A stretch of 64,000 bases of DNA from a virus (taxonomy: Duplodnaviria > Caudoviricetes). The stretch spans positions 880-64,879 of IMG/VR virus record IMGVR_UViG_3300034111_001607; one strand, 5' to 3'. A program made the translations under genes and the position numbers. The notes below the pieces were generated by a model. That model did no database searches. It was not told where the DNA came from and saw only the letters and a list, made by a program, of their open reading frames with translations. Positions within the stretch are counted from its first letter, which is position 1. Each line of letters starts with the position of its first letter. Positions 9,788 through 19,021 of this stretch are shown piece by piece.

Positions 9788-12169
9788 TTAACTTGCACAT
9801 ATTATAAATGTTAAAAGCTCTTCGTAACGAAGACCATAAATATAAGTTTTTTTATCTTCTTTTAAATCTTTACAAAACAAACCGTAACTTTCAGGGGTTA
9901 AACCATTATCAATAAAAACCTGTGCTACTTGTTGTGCAATAAAACCTGCGTGTAATCTTGCACTCTTACCCTTACTTTTAACTGCGTCTTTAAATTTAAA
10001 CATACAACCCATTGTTTTTAGTGTTTGTGCAACTGTGATTTCAGTAGGGGTAAAACCTCTTATATCTTGTTTTGCATTTTCATCTGAAGTGTTGATTGCA
10101 CCAGTTGTTGCAAAAACAGTAGTATATCTGCGTGCAGCCTCTCCAAGTGCAGTTGTATTGTCTACAATTGGACGTACTACGTTACCATTTCTTATTTGTA
10201 TTCCACCACCGCTTGCAACCGCTATTGACAAGTCTCCAATACTTGAATTGGAAAAAGTTGTTGCAAGACCTGCACTACCTACAACTCTTAAAAGCCCACC
10301 ATCTGTTGTTTTTAGCTCTTGATGAATAAAAGGGTATCTACCACTATTTTTATAACCTAAGATACCTTGCATTTGTGGGTTGAAATCACCCAAGCTATTT
10401 CCTGTGAAAGTTCCACTTCCTGAAAAATTGATATTTGCAAATTCTCCATTTACACCCCAGCCACCATTGTTTATTGAACTTGCATTATTTGCATCAATAG
10501 TCGCACCATTAAATTGATAAAAGCCATGACTAATATTGCCATCTGCTATTACACTATCAGCATCAAGGTTTGCACCATCGGTGGCAGAATAACCATTTGC
10601 ACCATTATTAAAAGATTTTGTACTATCACATAACATTCTTGTTGTACCTCTTCCTTCGTACCCATTTGTTAAATTTCCAACTGCAATACTTGAAGCTACA
10701 TTCAACATTGATAAACTTGTTGACCAGTAGCCATTTAACCCATTGCCACAAGAATAACCAAGTGAAAAAGCAGAATTACTACACTCATCTCCAATACAAC
10801 CGTCCTCCCCATTGCCATTTGTAATTGAAAATTTTGCACGCATATTACTTGAACCTGAGGTATAAATACCTCTTTTTCTGTTCGCACAAGAAATAATAAA
10901 GTTCATTGAAGCAAAAGCAGAACCTTCCATTGCAAAACCTTGTTCACCCCAACCATAAAGACATATATCAGCGTTTGTTCCAACTCCACCACCACCCATA
11001 GCAGTTGTATTTGAACTTGCACCACCAATAATTCTTGGTGCATTAATAACTATACCGTGTGCTCCTTGTGTTCCAGTGCCTGCTAATACATCCCAGTCTC
11101 CAATAAATACTGCACCGCCTGAAAAATCAAAAAATGCTCCATTATGAAATGAAAAGCCATTATCTCCAGTCCATTGAATTTTTGTAGGTAATTTTTTAAT
11201 AGTTACACCGGTTATTGACGCTAAACTTGGTGGGGTTGCACCGTGATATGTATTATTTACTGTTATTGTACTTGCGGTAACATTAGTCACTTTCCAACAA
11301 CCTGTTACCCATACTACATTTGTTGTAGAAGGCACAAGCGTTCTTATTAATACAAAATCGTTAATTGCTAAACCTGTAGTGCTTGAAATACCACTAAAAG
11401 TAACTGCATAATTTTTTGCACTTCCAGTATAAGAAGAACCTGTTGCACTATATGAAGTTCCACTTGTAAAAATAAATTTTAATGCGTTACCACTACAACC
11501 CTTAACATATCTTTCAGTGGTATAGTTATAAGAACCAGCAGTTACTATAATTTCACAATCAACTGCTTGTATATGATGACCATCAAAAGGCGGTATTCCG
11601 TTGTATACATAACTTTTACTTACTCCAAAATCAACATTTTTATTAAAAGCAATAGCATTATTAATTGCCGTTGTGTCATCTGTTACGCCATCGCCTACCG
11701 CTCCAAAATCTTGAACCGTTATTTGATTTGAAGCATTATTTAAAAGCAAATAAGCCGTGCCGTTATATCTAACATAAGCATCTTTATTCGGTGAAAGTTC
11801 GCCACCAGTTAATGGAGTTCCGCCCTCTGTTAGTAAATTTACGGCAGTTTGTCCGCTGACTGAAATTGTTGAAGCACCTGTATTTGCATTTAATGGACGG
11901 AAGCGAATTAATCCGCCGTTGATATTTTCATAAACTTCATAACGCCCACTATCTGCTATTAAATTATAAGCATTTACAATTCCAGTGTCTTCAAAAAAAT
12001 CTGCTGCGTTAATGTATGTTGTTAAAAGGCTTGCGTTTTGCTCGTAATCTGTAGTTGATGAAATACCATTATTAACAGATTGCATCATTAATTCAAGTGT
12101 TTTTGGTGCATCATTGAAATTATCCGTTGTAAGAGTAGTGCCGTTAGGAAGTGGATATTTATTAGCCAT
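9788..12169 (-). CDS. Tailspike, beta-helix with C-terminal intramolecular chaperone (peptidase S74)
   Basis: VQDFGAVGDGVTDDTTAI, N/G-rich beta-helix repeats, NTSDENAKQDI...HAGFIAQ...LRYEEL. Confidence 0.9.
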   Translation of the reverse strand: MANKYPLPNGTTLTTDNFNDAPKTLELMMQSVNNGISSTTDYEQNASLLTTYINAADFFEDTGIVNAYNLIADSGRYEVYENINGGLIRFRPLNANTGASTISVSGQTAVNLLTEGGTPLTGGELSPNKDAYVRYNGTAYLLLNNASNQITVQDFGAVGDGVTDDTTAINNAIAFNKNVDFGVSKSYVYNGIPPFDGHHIQAVDCEIIVTAGSYNYTTERYVKGCSGNALKFIFTSGTSYSATGSSYTGSAKNYAVTFSGISSTTGLAINDFVLIRTLVPSTTNVVWVTGCWKVTNVTASTITVNNTYHGATPPSLASITGVTIKKLPTKIQWTGDNGFSFHNGAFFDFSGGAVFIGDWDVLAGTGTQGAHGIVINAPRIIGGASSNTTAMGGGGVGTNADICLYGWGEQGFAMEGSAFASMNFIISCANRKRGIYTSGSSNMRAKFSITNGNGEDGCIGDECSNSAFSLGYSCGNGLNGYWSTSLSMLNVASSIAVGNLTNGYEGRGTTRMLCDSTKSFNNGANGYSATDGANLDADSVIADGNISHGFYQFNGATIDANNASSINNGGWGVNGEFANINFSGSGTFTGNSLGDFNPQMQGILGYKNSGRYPFIHQELKTTDGGLLRVVGSAGLATTFSNSSIGDLSIAVASGGGIQIRNGNVVRPIVDNTTALGEAARRYTTVFATTGAINTSDENAKQDIRGFTPTEITVAQTLKTMGCMFKFKDAVKSKGKSARLHAGFIAQQVAQVFIDNGLTPESYGLFCKDLKEDKKTYIYGLRYEELLTFIICAS

Positions 12170-12207
12170 TTTTCTTTATATTTGTTATATAAAGACTTAT
12201 ACAATAT

Positions 12208-12268
12208 CAAATCCGCCATTCAATTTTTTAACCTGTATTGAAAAACAGGCGGACTTGTTGCCAAGTCC
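12208..12268 (-). ncRNA. Candidate cis-regulatory pseudoknot/switch RNA, copy A
   Basis: 27/29-nt core shared with 55071-55099, with a compensatory pair change; lies just downstream of a TTGACT promoter. Confidence 0.6.
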
Positions 12269-12274
12269 ATATAA

Positions 12275-12302
12275 GAAATAATTTACTCTTTTATAAAGTC
12301 AA
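12275..12302 (-). promoter_or_regulatory. sigma70-type promoter for the tailspike/fibre/lysis genes
   Basis: TTGACT-N16-TATTTC. Confidence 0.45.
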
Positions 12303-12997
12303 GTAAAAATCGCAAAACCATTGTCTGTTAATATTGAATACCCATCATCATTTGTTATTACATATTGGTATTCATTATCATTAAAAAATTGATATAATAT
12401 TTGAACATGAGCAGGTTTTAATTTATTAATCAAACATTTAATAGTTTCAAGCGTTGCATTCCCAAGTGTTGTTTGTCCTAAAATAGCAGTGCCAAGCGTG
12501 TCGCCTTTTAAATAAAATGGCAGTGTAATAATCATTGTATAATTAATGACTTCACTACTCAAAAGAATTATTCCTAAAATAGCATTCCCAAGTGTAGCCT
12601 GCTCCGAATTACTTTGAATTTCAAAATCTATAATTTCAAATAAATTTAAAATATATTCAACTTGTTTTTTAAAGTTTCCTTGCAACCACGCAAATTTGAG
12701 TAAAATATTTCTTCTTCTTAATTCAATTGTATCCTCAATAGGCAAACAATCATCTGGTATTCCAACAAGGGTTTCATAAAAATCTAACAAAGCATTTGCC
12801 TTGTTAATATCCATTTCCGTTTCAAGCAATATCAAATTATTTCTAAAATCTAAAAATAAAGTTGCTAATGCTTGTAAAATTTGCCTTAATGGGTGTCCGT
12901 CAATATTTTTTCCTGAATGCAATATATCATCACGCAAATATTGTGCTAAAATATTTACCTGCTCTTGTTTTGTTATTATTTTCAATTTTGTAGGCAT
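12299..12997 (-). CDS. Baseplate wedge protein (Mu gp48/DUF2313-like)
   Basis: LLDFYETLVGIPDDC, TIELRR and CLINKLKPAH motifs; follows baseplate J. Confidence 0.85.
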   Translation of the reverse strand: MPTKLKIITKQEQVNILAQYLRDDILHSGKNIDGHPLRQILQALATLFLDFRNNLILLETEMDINKANALLDFYETLVGIPDDCLPIEDTIELRRRNILLKFAWLQGNFKKQVEYILNLFEIIDFEIQSNSEQATLGNAILGIILLSSEVINYTMIITLPFYLKGDTLGTAILGQTTLGNATLETIKCLINKLKPAHVQILYQFFNDNEYQYVITNDDGYSILTDNGFAIFT

Positions 12998-14334
12998 TAT
13001 GGGAATGTAATAGTTCCAAGCACTGGCATCTCACCATTATTTATTTGAATATTTGTTGCAGGAAAGGCTAATCTAAATGATTGAACGGTATTGGATTGAA
13101 TATCTGTTGAGGTTGAAATTGGTATTTCATAATTGCTTCTACTAATATTAGTTTCAAACTCAGCATCATTTCTAAAAAAAGCTTTCAAGTTATTTGTAAT
13201 AGCTTCTTGCATAATTGCAGTGTTTGGCGTCAATTCAGTAAATTGAAAATTTATAACTCTTGGCGTTGGTGCAAGCACTATGACATTGCTTGATGGAAGT
13301 TCGGCAGGTTTTATACCAGTATCAGGGTCAATTAATGCGTTTTTAGTGTCAATAACTTGTTGTGATGTTGGTATATTATCCGTGTCCCCATCTCTTAAAA
13401 AATAAATTGTAACAAACCCAGCGGACGGCGTTGTTTCTTTTACATAAACTCTTGTAATGCCAGAAATCCCACTTAATTTTTCATCTTTTAAAAATGCTTT
13501 AATTCCACCAACATTAAAGCCAGTTGAAGGATTATTGAAATATTCTAATTTTCTATTAATAAAATCATCATCACTTTCCTCATCAAGCCCACCAGTAATA
13601 CCATCAAAAACAGCATAAACCTCATCGTCTACATTAATGATTGGACTTGTTAAGCCTAAAATACTATCATTATTTAAGTTTTTATCACTTCCAACCTCAC
13701 TTGAAATAATACCAACCGTAACGCCATTATAATTCAAGAATAAAGTGCCTGTTGCAGGTGTTAAAGGGCTTCCACTAACTTCAAATGTAAAAGTAGTGGG
13801 ACTTGTAATTGATATAGTTTGATTTATAATATTATATTCCGTTTGTCCTGCCCCTGTAATACTTGCTAAAACGCTATTTGTCAAGTTGTGTTCCGTTGCC
13901 GTTTCAACAGTAGCGGTATCGCCAACTCTATTAATTGAAATAATTGAAATATTTTGCGTTGCAATAATGCCTTCCGCTTGCGTTGTATATTCAAGCCCAT
14001 CAATGTTGTTTAATGTAGTGCCTACTGGAATCGTTCCGCCAACAGTTCCAGTAAATGTAACATTTCCACTTGCAAGCTCTGCATCATTTTTTGTTAATCC
14101 AAGTGTTATTTTTTCTAAAAATAATTCAACTAACCCGTCCTCAACTTTTTGCAAATTTCTATTGTTATCATTCATTCCAAAGGAAAGTGAATCAACCAAA
14201 CCCTTAATATAGCTATTTTTTTTTGTAGGGTCTATTTTCTTTGTAATGTCCGTTTGCCCAGTATTCACACTTTGTACAAGTGCGGTTGACATTTTCCGTT
14301 GCGTTTGTACCAGCGTGTCAATTGGTATAGCCAT
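12997..14334 (-). CDS. Baseplate J-like protein (Mu gp47)
   Basis: ASGNVTFTG..GTIPVGT, ITGGLDEESDD, GFVTIYF. Confidence 0.9.
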   Translation of the reverse strand: MAIPIDTLVQTQRKMSTALVQSVNTGQTDITKKIDPTKKNSYIKGLVDSLSFGMNDNNRNLQKVEDGLVELFLEKITLGLTKNDAELASGNVTFTGTVGGTIPVGTTLNNIDGLEYTTQAEGIIATQNISIISINRVGDTATVETATEHNLTNSVLASITGAGQTEYNIINQTISITSPTTFTFEVSGSPLTPATGTLFLNYNGVTVGIISSEVGSDKNLNNDSILGLTSPIINVDDEVYAVFDGITGGLDEESDDDFINRKLEYFNNPSTGFNVGGIKAFLKDEKLSGISGITRVYVKETTPSAGFVTIYFLRDGDTDNIPTSQQVIDTKNALIDPDTGIKPAELPSSNVIVLAPTPRVINFQFTELTPNTAIMQEAITNNLKAFFRNDAEFETNISRSNYEIPISTSTDIQSNTVQSFRLAFPATNIQINNGEMPVLGTITFP

Positions 14335-14335
14335 A

Positions 14336-14761
14336 TTACACTATATTGAAAAAATCATAATTTTCTTTAATTCCAGTTTGTGTGTTTGTCAATTGAATAT
14401 TTATATTGAGTTTATTTTGCTCACGGCTTGTTTCAACTTGAATATCACTTGCTAAATTATCATCAATTAACCATTGCAAGCCTTCTAAAATAGCATTTTC
14501 CATAGCTTGGGCATTTTGTGGTGTATTTTTCTGTTTTGAGTAATACCAAAACAAAGAACCAACTTCGTAATTTTGGTAAAATTCATTAACAGGGTCGCCC
14601 TCTCTATAAAATGGGTTTTCAACAAGCCCTGCTTCCGCTCTTTTTTTACAAAAAATAGACATACAAACGGCAGGTTCTAAACTTTGTGTTAATTCAAAAT
14701 CTCCATTTTTCCAATTCCAAGCAAAAACAGAATTTGCTTGAATTAAATTAATGTCTGCCAT
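14336..14761 (-). CDS. Mu gp46-like baseplate protein
   Basis: LEPAVCMSIF, GSLFW, LQWLIDDNLA. Confidence 0.85.
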   Translation of the reverse strand: MADINLIQANSVFAWNWKNGDFELTQSLEPAVCMSIFCKKRAEAGLVENPFYREGDPVNEFYQNYEVGSLFWYYSKQKNTPQNAQAMENAILEGLQWLIDDNLASDIQVETSREQNKLNINIQLTNTQTGIKENYDFFNIV

Positions 14762-14789
14762 ACATACAATATATATGTTATTTTCCTAA

Positions 14790-15422
14790 ATGTATAGTAT
14801 AGTAAAAGGTAGTATTTTAAAAGTCAACAACGATAAACGAACAGTTCAAGTTCAAACCTCCGAAAGCACAGAGCCTTTTAATGTTAAATTGCATCAAATA
14901 ATTGGAAGTGCGTTTATTCCATTAATAAAAGATAGTTCATTATGTTATGTTTTTAAGATTAACGGAAGTAAATCAAACGCTTTTTGTATTCCATTTGATA
15001 TTTTAGAACAAGAAGTAAATTTAGAGTTTGGTGAAAATGGAGACTTTGTTCAAGGAAATATATATTCAGGTTGCAAAATAACATACAAAGTTAATGGAGA
15101 CATTGAAGTTCAAGCAACTGGTGAAAATCAACAAATATCAATAAATGGTAAAACGATTTCAATGAACGGTGAAAATATTGCAATAAATGGAAGTAATGAA
15201 ATAAATCTTAATAGTGAAGTTTGTAATATTGAAAATCAAACTACAAATATTAATAGTAGTGCAATGGTTAATATTAATGGAATTATGGTTAATATAGCAG
15301 ACGCAGTGAGTTTTGCATTAAATCAAAATGCACAAATGCAAGTTGTTATTCCGAGTGGTAGTAGTGCTGGCACATACCCAGTTCAAATAATGAATGCAGG
15401 TCAGGTTAAAGTCAAAATTTAA
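14790..15422 (+). CDS. Baseplate spike protein (Mu gp45/gpV-like)
   Basis: N-terminal OB-like region (RTVQV..HQIIGSAFIP) followed by short beta repeats. Confidence 0.65.
   Translation: MYSIVKGSILKVNNDKRTVQVQTSESTEPFNVKLHQIIGSAFIPLIKDSSLCYVFKINGSKSNAFCIPFDILEQEVNLEFGENGDFVQGNIYSGCKITYKVNGDIEVQATGENQQISINGKTISMNGENIAINGSNEINLNSEVCNIENQTTNINSSAMVNINGIMVNIADAVSFALNQNAQMQVVIPSGSSAGTYPVQIMNAGQVKVKI
14799..14827 (-). promoter_or_regulatory. sigma70-type promoter for the gp46-J-gp48 genes, inside the start of the opposite-strand spike gene
   Basis: TTGACT-N17-TACTAT. Confidence 0.55.
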
Positions 15423-15472
15423 TTGACATTTTGTTATTTTCATTTAAAAAACATTAACTACATATAAAAAAA

Positions 15473-16702
15473 ATGGCAGATTTAGGTTATTTTGCAACTT
15501 TAAATGATTTAACAACGGCACACCCAACGGCAACGGTCGGTGATAATGCAATAGTCGGCGTTGATACCGCACAAACAATATATTTTTGGAGTGCAGCAGG
15601 CGGCGGTACTTGGTATGATGCTCTAAAAGTAAAAGGGATTCAAGCTTCAAGTTTTGGCTATGAAAACAATCCGTCATTCACCGATGAAGTGGGATATTTA
15701 AGAAAAGCAGATGGCTCTTCTCGTAGATTAACATTAAAAAAAGCATGGAAGGGTATAATGACACAAAAGGGAGACTTGACTACACTTGATGCAGATAATC
15801 AAACACCAATTAGAGTGCTAGCGGGTGCAAATGATACCGTTTTAAGATATGTTAATGGAGTGCCAACGCCATCTAACCTTGATGATTTGTATTATGCAAT
15901 AGGTTCGCTACCAATATCAAGTGAAACAACACGAGGCATTATTGAAATTGCAACACAAACAGAATATTTTAACAAAGATAACACAAAAGCAATAACTGCT
16001 GAAAATATTGCAAATGATGTTAGACAAGCTTCATTTTCAATAGTAAATAAATCATATAATGGTGTTCAAGAAACAGACTTTGGCGATAGTGCAACTTGGC
16101 TACCAATTGCTGCACCACAATTAATACCAACAGGCGATGAAACTTTGGACGGCACGGGGGTTTTTGTATCAGGTCTTAACCTTTTAGGCACTATGTTATC
16201 AGTGAACGAAGACAACACAGATTTAGTGGATTATGCAGGTTTTGAATTTAAAGATACTGCAAACGCTTTATTAAATGGAAATGGAAAATGGTTTAATGAT
16301 GCAGATAAGAAATGGCTTGCACCAAGTCCATTAAACACTTTTAATCAAGGTTCTAACAAAAAATTATTTTTTAGAATAAGAATACCTGAATTTATGATTA
16401 CAACGCAAAATGGATTTAATGGTAACGCAATATATCTATATATAAGGCTATTACGATATAATTTTAATGCACAAGATAGAAAAATAATATCCCAAATACC
16501 AATTGTACTGTCGGACATTAATGCAACAAGTAATATACCATATACATTTTTATATTCAACTAATATTAAAGGTGAAACTGACCCTTTTGTGTCGGCAGGT
16601 AATGGTTTTTATATGGATATAATTAAATCAAATAAAAGCTCTGCTGATGGTGGGAACCCAGTGTATTTAAGACATATAAGAATTGATATTGAAAGAAATT
16701 AA
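15473..16702 (+). CDS. Fibre-like virion protein
   Basis: GYFATLNDLTTAHPTATVGD, TQKGDL, and the SETTRGIIEIATQTE..DNTKAIT fibre repeat. Confidence 0.6.
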   Translation: MADLGYFATLNDLTTAHPTATVGDNAIVGVDTAQTIYFWSAAGGGTWYDALKVKGIQASSFGYENNPSFTDEVGYLRKADGSSRRLTLKKAWKGIMTQKGDLTTLDADNQTPIRVLAGANDTVLRYVNGVPTPSNLDDLYYAIGSLPISSETTRGIIEIATQTEYFNKDNTKAITAENIANDVRQASFSIVNKSYNGVQETDFGDSATWLPIAAPQLIPTGDETLDGTGVFVSGLNLLGTMLSVNEDNTDLVDYAGFEFKDTANALLNGNGKWFNDADKKWLAPSPLNTFNQGSNKKLFFRIRIPEFMITTQNGFNGNAIYLYIRLLRYNFNAQDRKIISQIPIVLSDINATSNIPYTFLYSTNIKGETDPFVSAGNGFYMDIIKSNKSSADGGNPVYLRHIRIDIERN

Positions 16703-17811
16703 ATATAAATCTTGTCAATTTGTTGGCTTTTTGCAATTCTTTTTGTTGCACTTGCAATATCTTTTGTGAAAGTTCCTCTATTACACAAAACAAGGTCGGT
16801 AATAGTTCCGCCTCCTTCGTCTTTGCGGAAAACAACCTCGGTAATTAAAAACTCACTATCAATTTTTTGCAATTCATTTTGATAACGCACTAATGTATTT
16901 ATACCCCACGGCATTTTATCATCTCGTTTTCTTCTAAAGCCTTCTACTGTAATAGGTATTTTACCACTTTCGGCACGCTTCCTATTCATTATATATTTTG
17001 CAATATCATTTAAAGTTGCATTATTTGATTGTGTTGTTGCCTGTTGTATGAGTTGAATATTATTACTTAAAAGCTCGTCAATAGCTTCGCCAGTTTGCAA
17101 AACACTATTTTTTGTGAAATCATTCACATCACTTTCGGCAAATAATTTTATCTTTTTTGCACGCCTTATTGTTGAAAATGTTGAATTTTTAACATTATTT
17201 AAAATAGTGTTGCCATTTGCAATTGAATAAAGTTCAACGCCCGAGCTTTCATTTGATTCATTTAAAAATACAAGGTTGCCTTTTGCATTTGTAATAATAG
17301 TTGTTTGAGTTTGAGAAGCGTATCTTCCAATAAAATTTAAAATAGTCTCTCCAACCTCAAAAACAATATCTTCCTTTGTTGTAATTGGAATGTTGCCAAT
17401 TTGATTGTCAATCTTAATATCTGTAAAACCATTGCCATCTAAAACCGCCCTAACAAGGCTTTCAAGCGTTCTTTGTTTATATGTTTTTGGCAGTCCATTA
17501 CTTTCTTCCAAGTCCTTTGTTTTACTTGCAATATCTAAAGAATAGGATATACCATCACTGGTTTCAGTTACGGTTGCACTCCATATATACCCCGTCAATT
17601 GCAAAATATCATTTATGTAAATTTGTACTTCACTTTCATTATTAACCTCAACTAACGCTCTTTTTTTACCGTCAATAATTAGTTGCCTTACAACACCTGT
17701 AACTGTGCAAGTGTTATAAAAACTTGACAATGATTGAGTAAGTTGGAAAGTTTCAAATGTATTAAAGCCAATATCTGTGCCATTTACGAGTATTTTAACT
17801 AAGTCCGTCAT
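16699..17811 (-). CDS. Baseplate hub protein (Mu gpP/gp44-like)
   Basis: LTGYI, SKTKDL, GETILNFI, TVEGFR..PWGINTLV. Confidence 0.8.
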   Translation of the reverse strand: MTDLVKILVNGTDIGFNTFETFQLTQSLSSFYNTCTVTGVVRQLIIDGKKRALVEVNNESEVQIYINDILQLTGYIWSATVTETSDGISYSLDIASKTKDLEESNGLPKTYKQRTLESLVRAVLDGNGFTDIKIDNQIGNIPITTKEDIVFEVGETILNFIGRYASQTQTTIITNAKGNLVFLNESNESSGVELYSIANGNTILNNVKNSTFSTIRRAKKIKLFAESDVNDFTKNSVLQTGEAIDELLSNNIQLIQQATTQSNNATLNDIAKYIMNRKRAESGKIPITVEGFRRKRDDKMPWGINTLVRYQNELQKIDSEFLITEVVFRKDEGGGTITDLVLCNRGTFTKDIASATKRIAKSQQIDKIYI

Positions 17812-19019
17812 ACCAACGCTAAAACTCCACCACTTAAAGAACTAACATCTTTTGTATTGTTAATGTTATCTATCAAATCAAGATTGTCAAGGTTGCCATA
17901 TAATCCATATACAAATTTTGCAAGTGGTCTTTGTGTTATATTATAAGATTGTATCTTTGGAAGTTGCAATGTAATTAAATCAAGTGTTTTATTGGCAACC
18001 GTTCTTAATTCTATAAGAGTTTGATATAAATCCTCATCAAGTCTTTCAGCGTCAAGACTTTGGAATGTTTGCTCCAAAAATTCCCTATTTTCTTGTAAGT
18101 TATCAACACTTTGGTAATCAATATTAACACTTGCAAAATAGCATAATGCAAGCGAGGTTGTTTTAACATTATCATTTATGATATTCCTATTTGTGTCAAT
18201 AATTTCTTTTGTTGTAGAGTCTATATAATACGCATCATTGCTAACTTGAAAAGCAGTCATTTCCCTTGAAACACCAAACAACTCTAACGCCCCATCAAAA
18301 GCCGTTTCAAGACTAAAAAGAGAAGAGTTTAAACTATCAGCTAAAATAGATGGACTGCCTGCAAGAATGCCCGCATTTACATTAAAAACATTAAGTGTGC
18401 TTGTAAAGTCGCTAAACCCCGTTGCACTTCCTTGCACTGTTTTTGCACGCCTTAACATTTCATTACCAATATTAGGTATTATAAACATCGCATCTTTTGT
18501 TGCGGTTATATTTTTTGCAATATTCGGGTATTTTTTTGTTAATTCTGCCTTTTTATTGATTAATGCTTGAACATTTTGCGTAAAAACACGGTCTTTCAAC
18601 CTTCTAATAAAACCTTTATTGACATCATTGTTTGTTGAAGTTATAGTCGGTTCTGTTTGGTAAAATGTTAATGAATAATTCCATTTTCCAACCTCTGAAA
18701 TAAGGTTGACATCTGGCGTTATACCCTCACAAATCATTTTTGTGTATTTTTGCCTTCCAATAACTAAGTCACCAACCCCCTCCTGTGTTGTTATTTTTAT
18801 TAATTCATTTATTGCATTGTCATTTCTTGGAACATAAACCTCACCAGTAATTGAAATTGAAAGCCCTTTTAAACCCAACTCTTCTACATAAGCACGGTCT
18901 CTATTTGGAAACTCATGAACTTTTATTTTTTTTAAAAGTGGTGCAGTTTGTGTAATAACACGCCCCAGTGAAACACCCTTATAAGTTGCTTCCTGAAAGT
19001 TGCCAGTGTTAATAGACAT
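17808..19019 (-). CDS. Mu gpN-like DNA circularisation/tail protein
   Basis: QEATYKGV, VHEFPNRDRAYVEELG, C-terminal LYGNLD. Confidence 0.85.
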   Translation of the reverse strand: MSINTGNFQEATYKGVSLGRVITQTAPLLKKIKVHEFPNRDRAYVEELGLKGLSISITGEVYVPRNDNAINELIKITTQEGVGDLVIGRQKYTKMICEGITPDVNLISEVGKWNYSLTFYQTEPTITSTNNDVNKGFIRRLKDRVFTQNVQALINKKAELTKKYPNIAKNITATKDAMFIIPNIGNEMLRRAKTVQGSATGFSDFTSTLNVFNVNAGILAGSPSILADSLNSSLFSLETAFDGALELFGVSREMTAFQVSNDAYYIDSTTKEIIDTNRNIINDNVKTTSLALCYFASVNIDYQSVDNLQENREFLEQTFQSLDAERLDEDLYQTLIELRTVANKTLDLITLQLPKIQSYNITQRPLAKFVYGLYGNLDNLDLIDNINNTKDVSSLSGGVLALV

Positions 19020-19021
19020 AT

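Noticed and set aside
12211-12252. Plus-strand resemblance to SAM-II (TTTAACC.GTATTG)
   Set aside because: Lacks the GCUAAA 3' strand; G-U pairs and the promoter favour the minus strand; copy B does not keep the match
14762-16720. Mu G-like invertible segment
   Set aside because: No terminal inverted repeats or invertase; the stop codons interlock with the neighbouring gene
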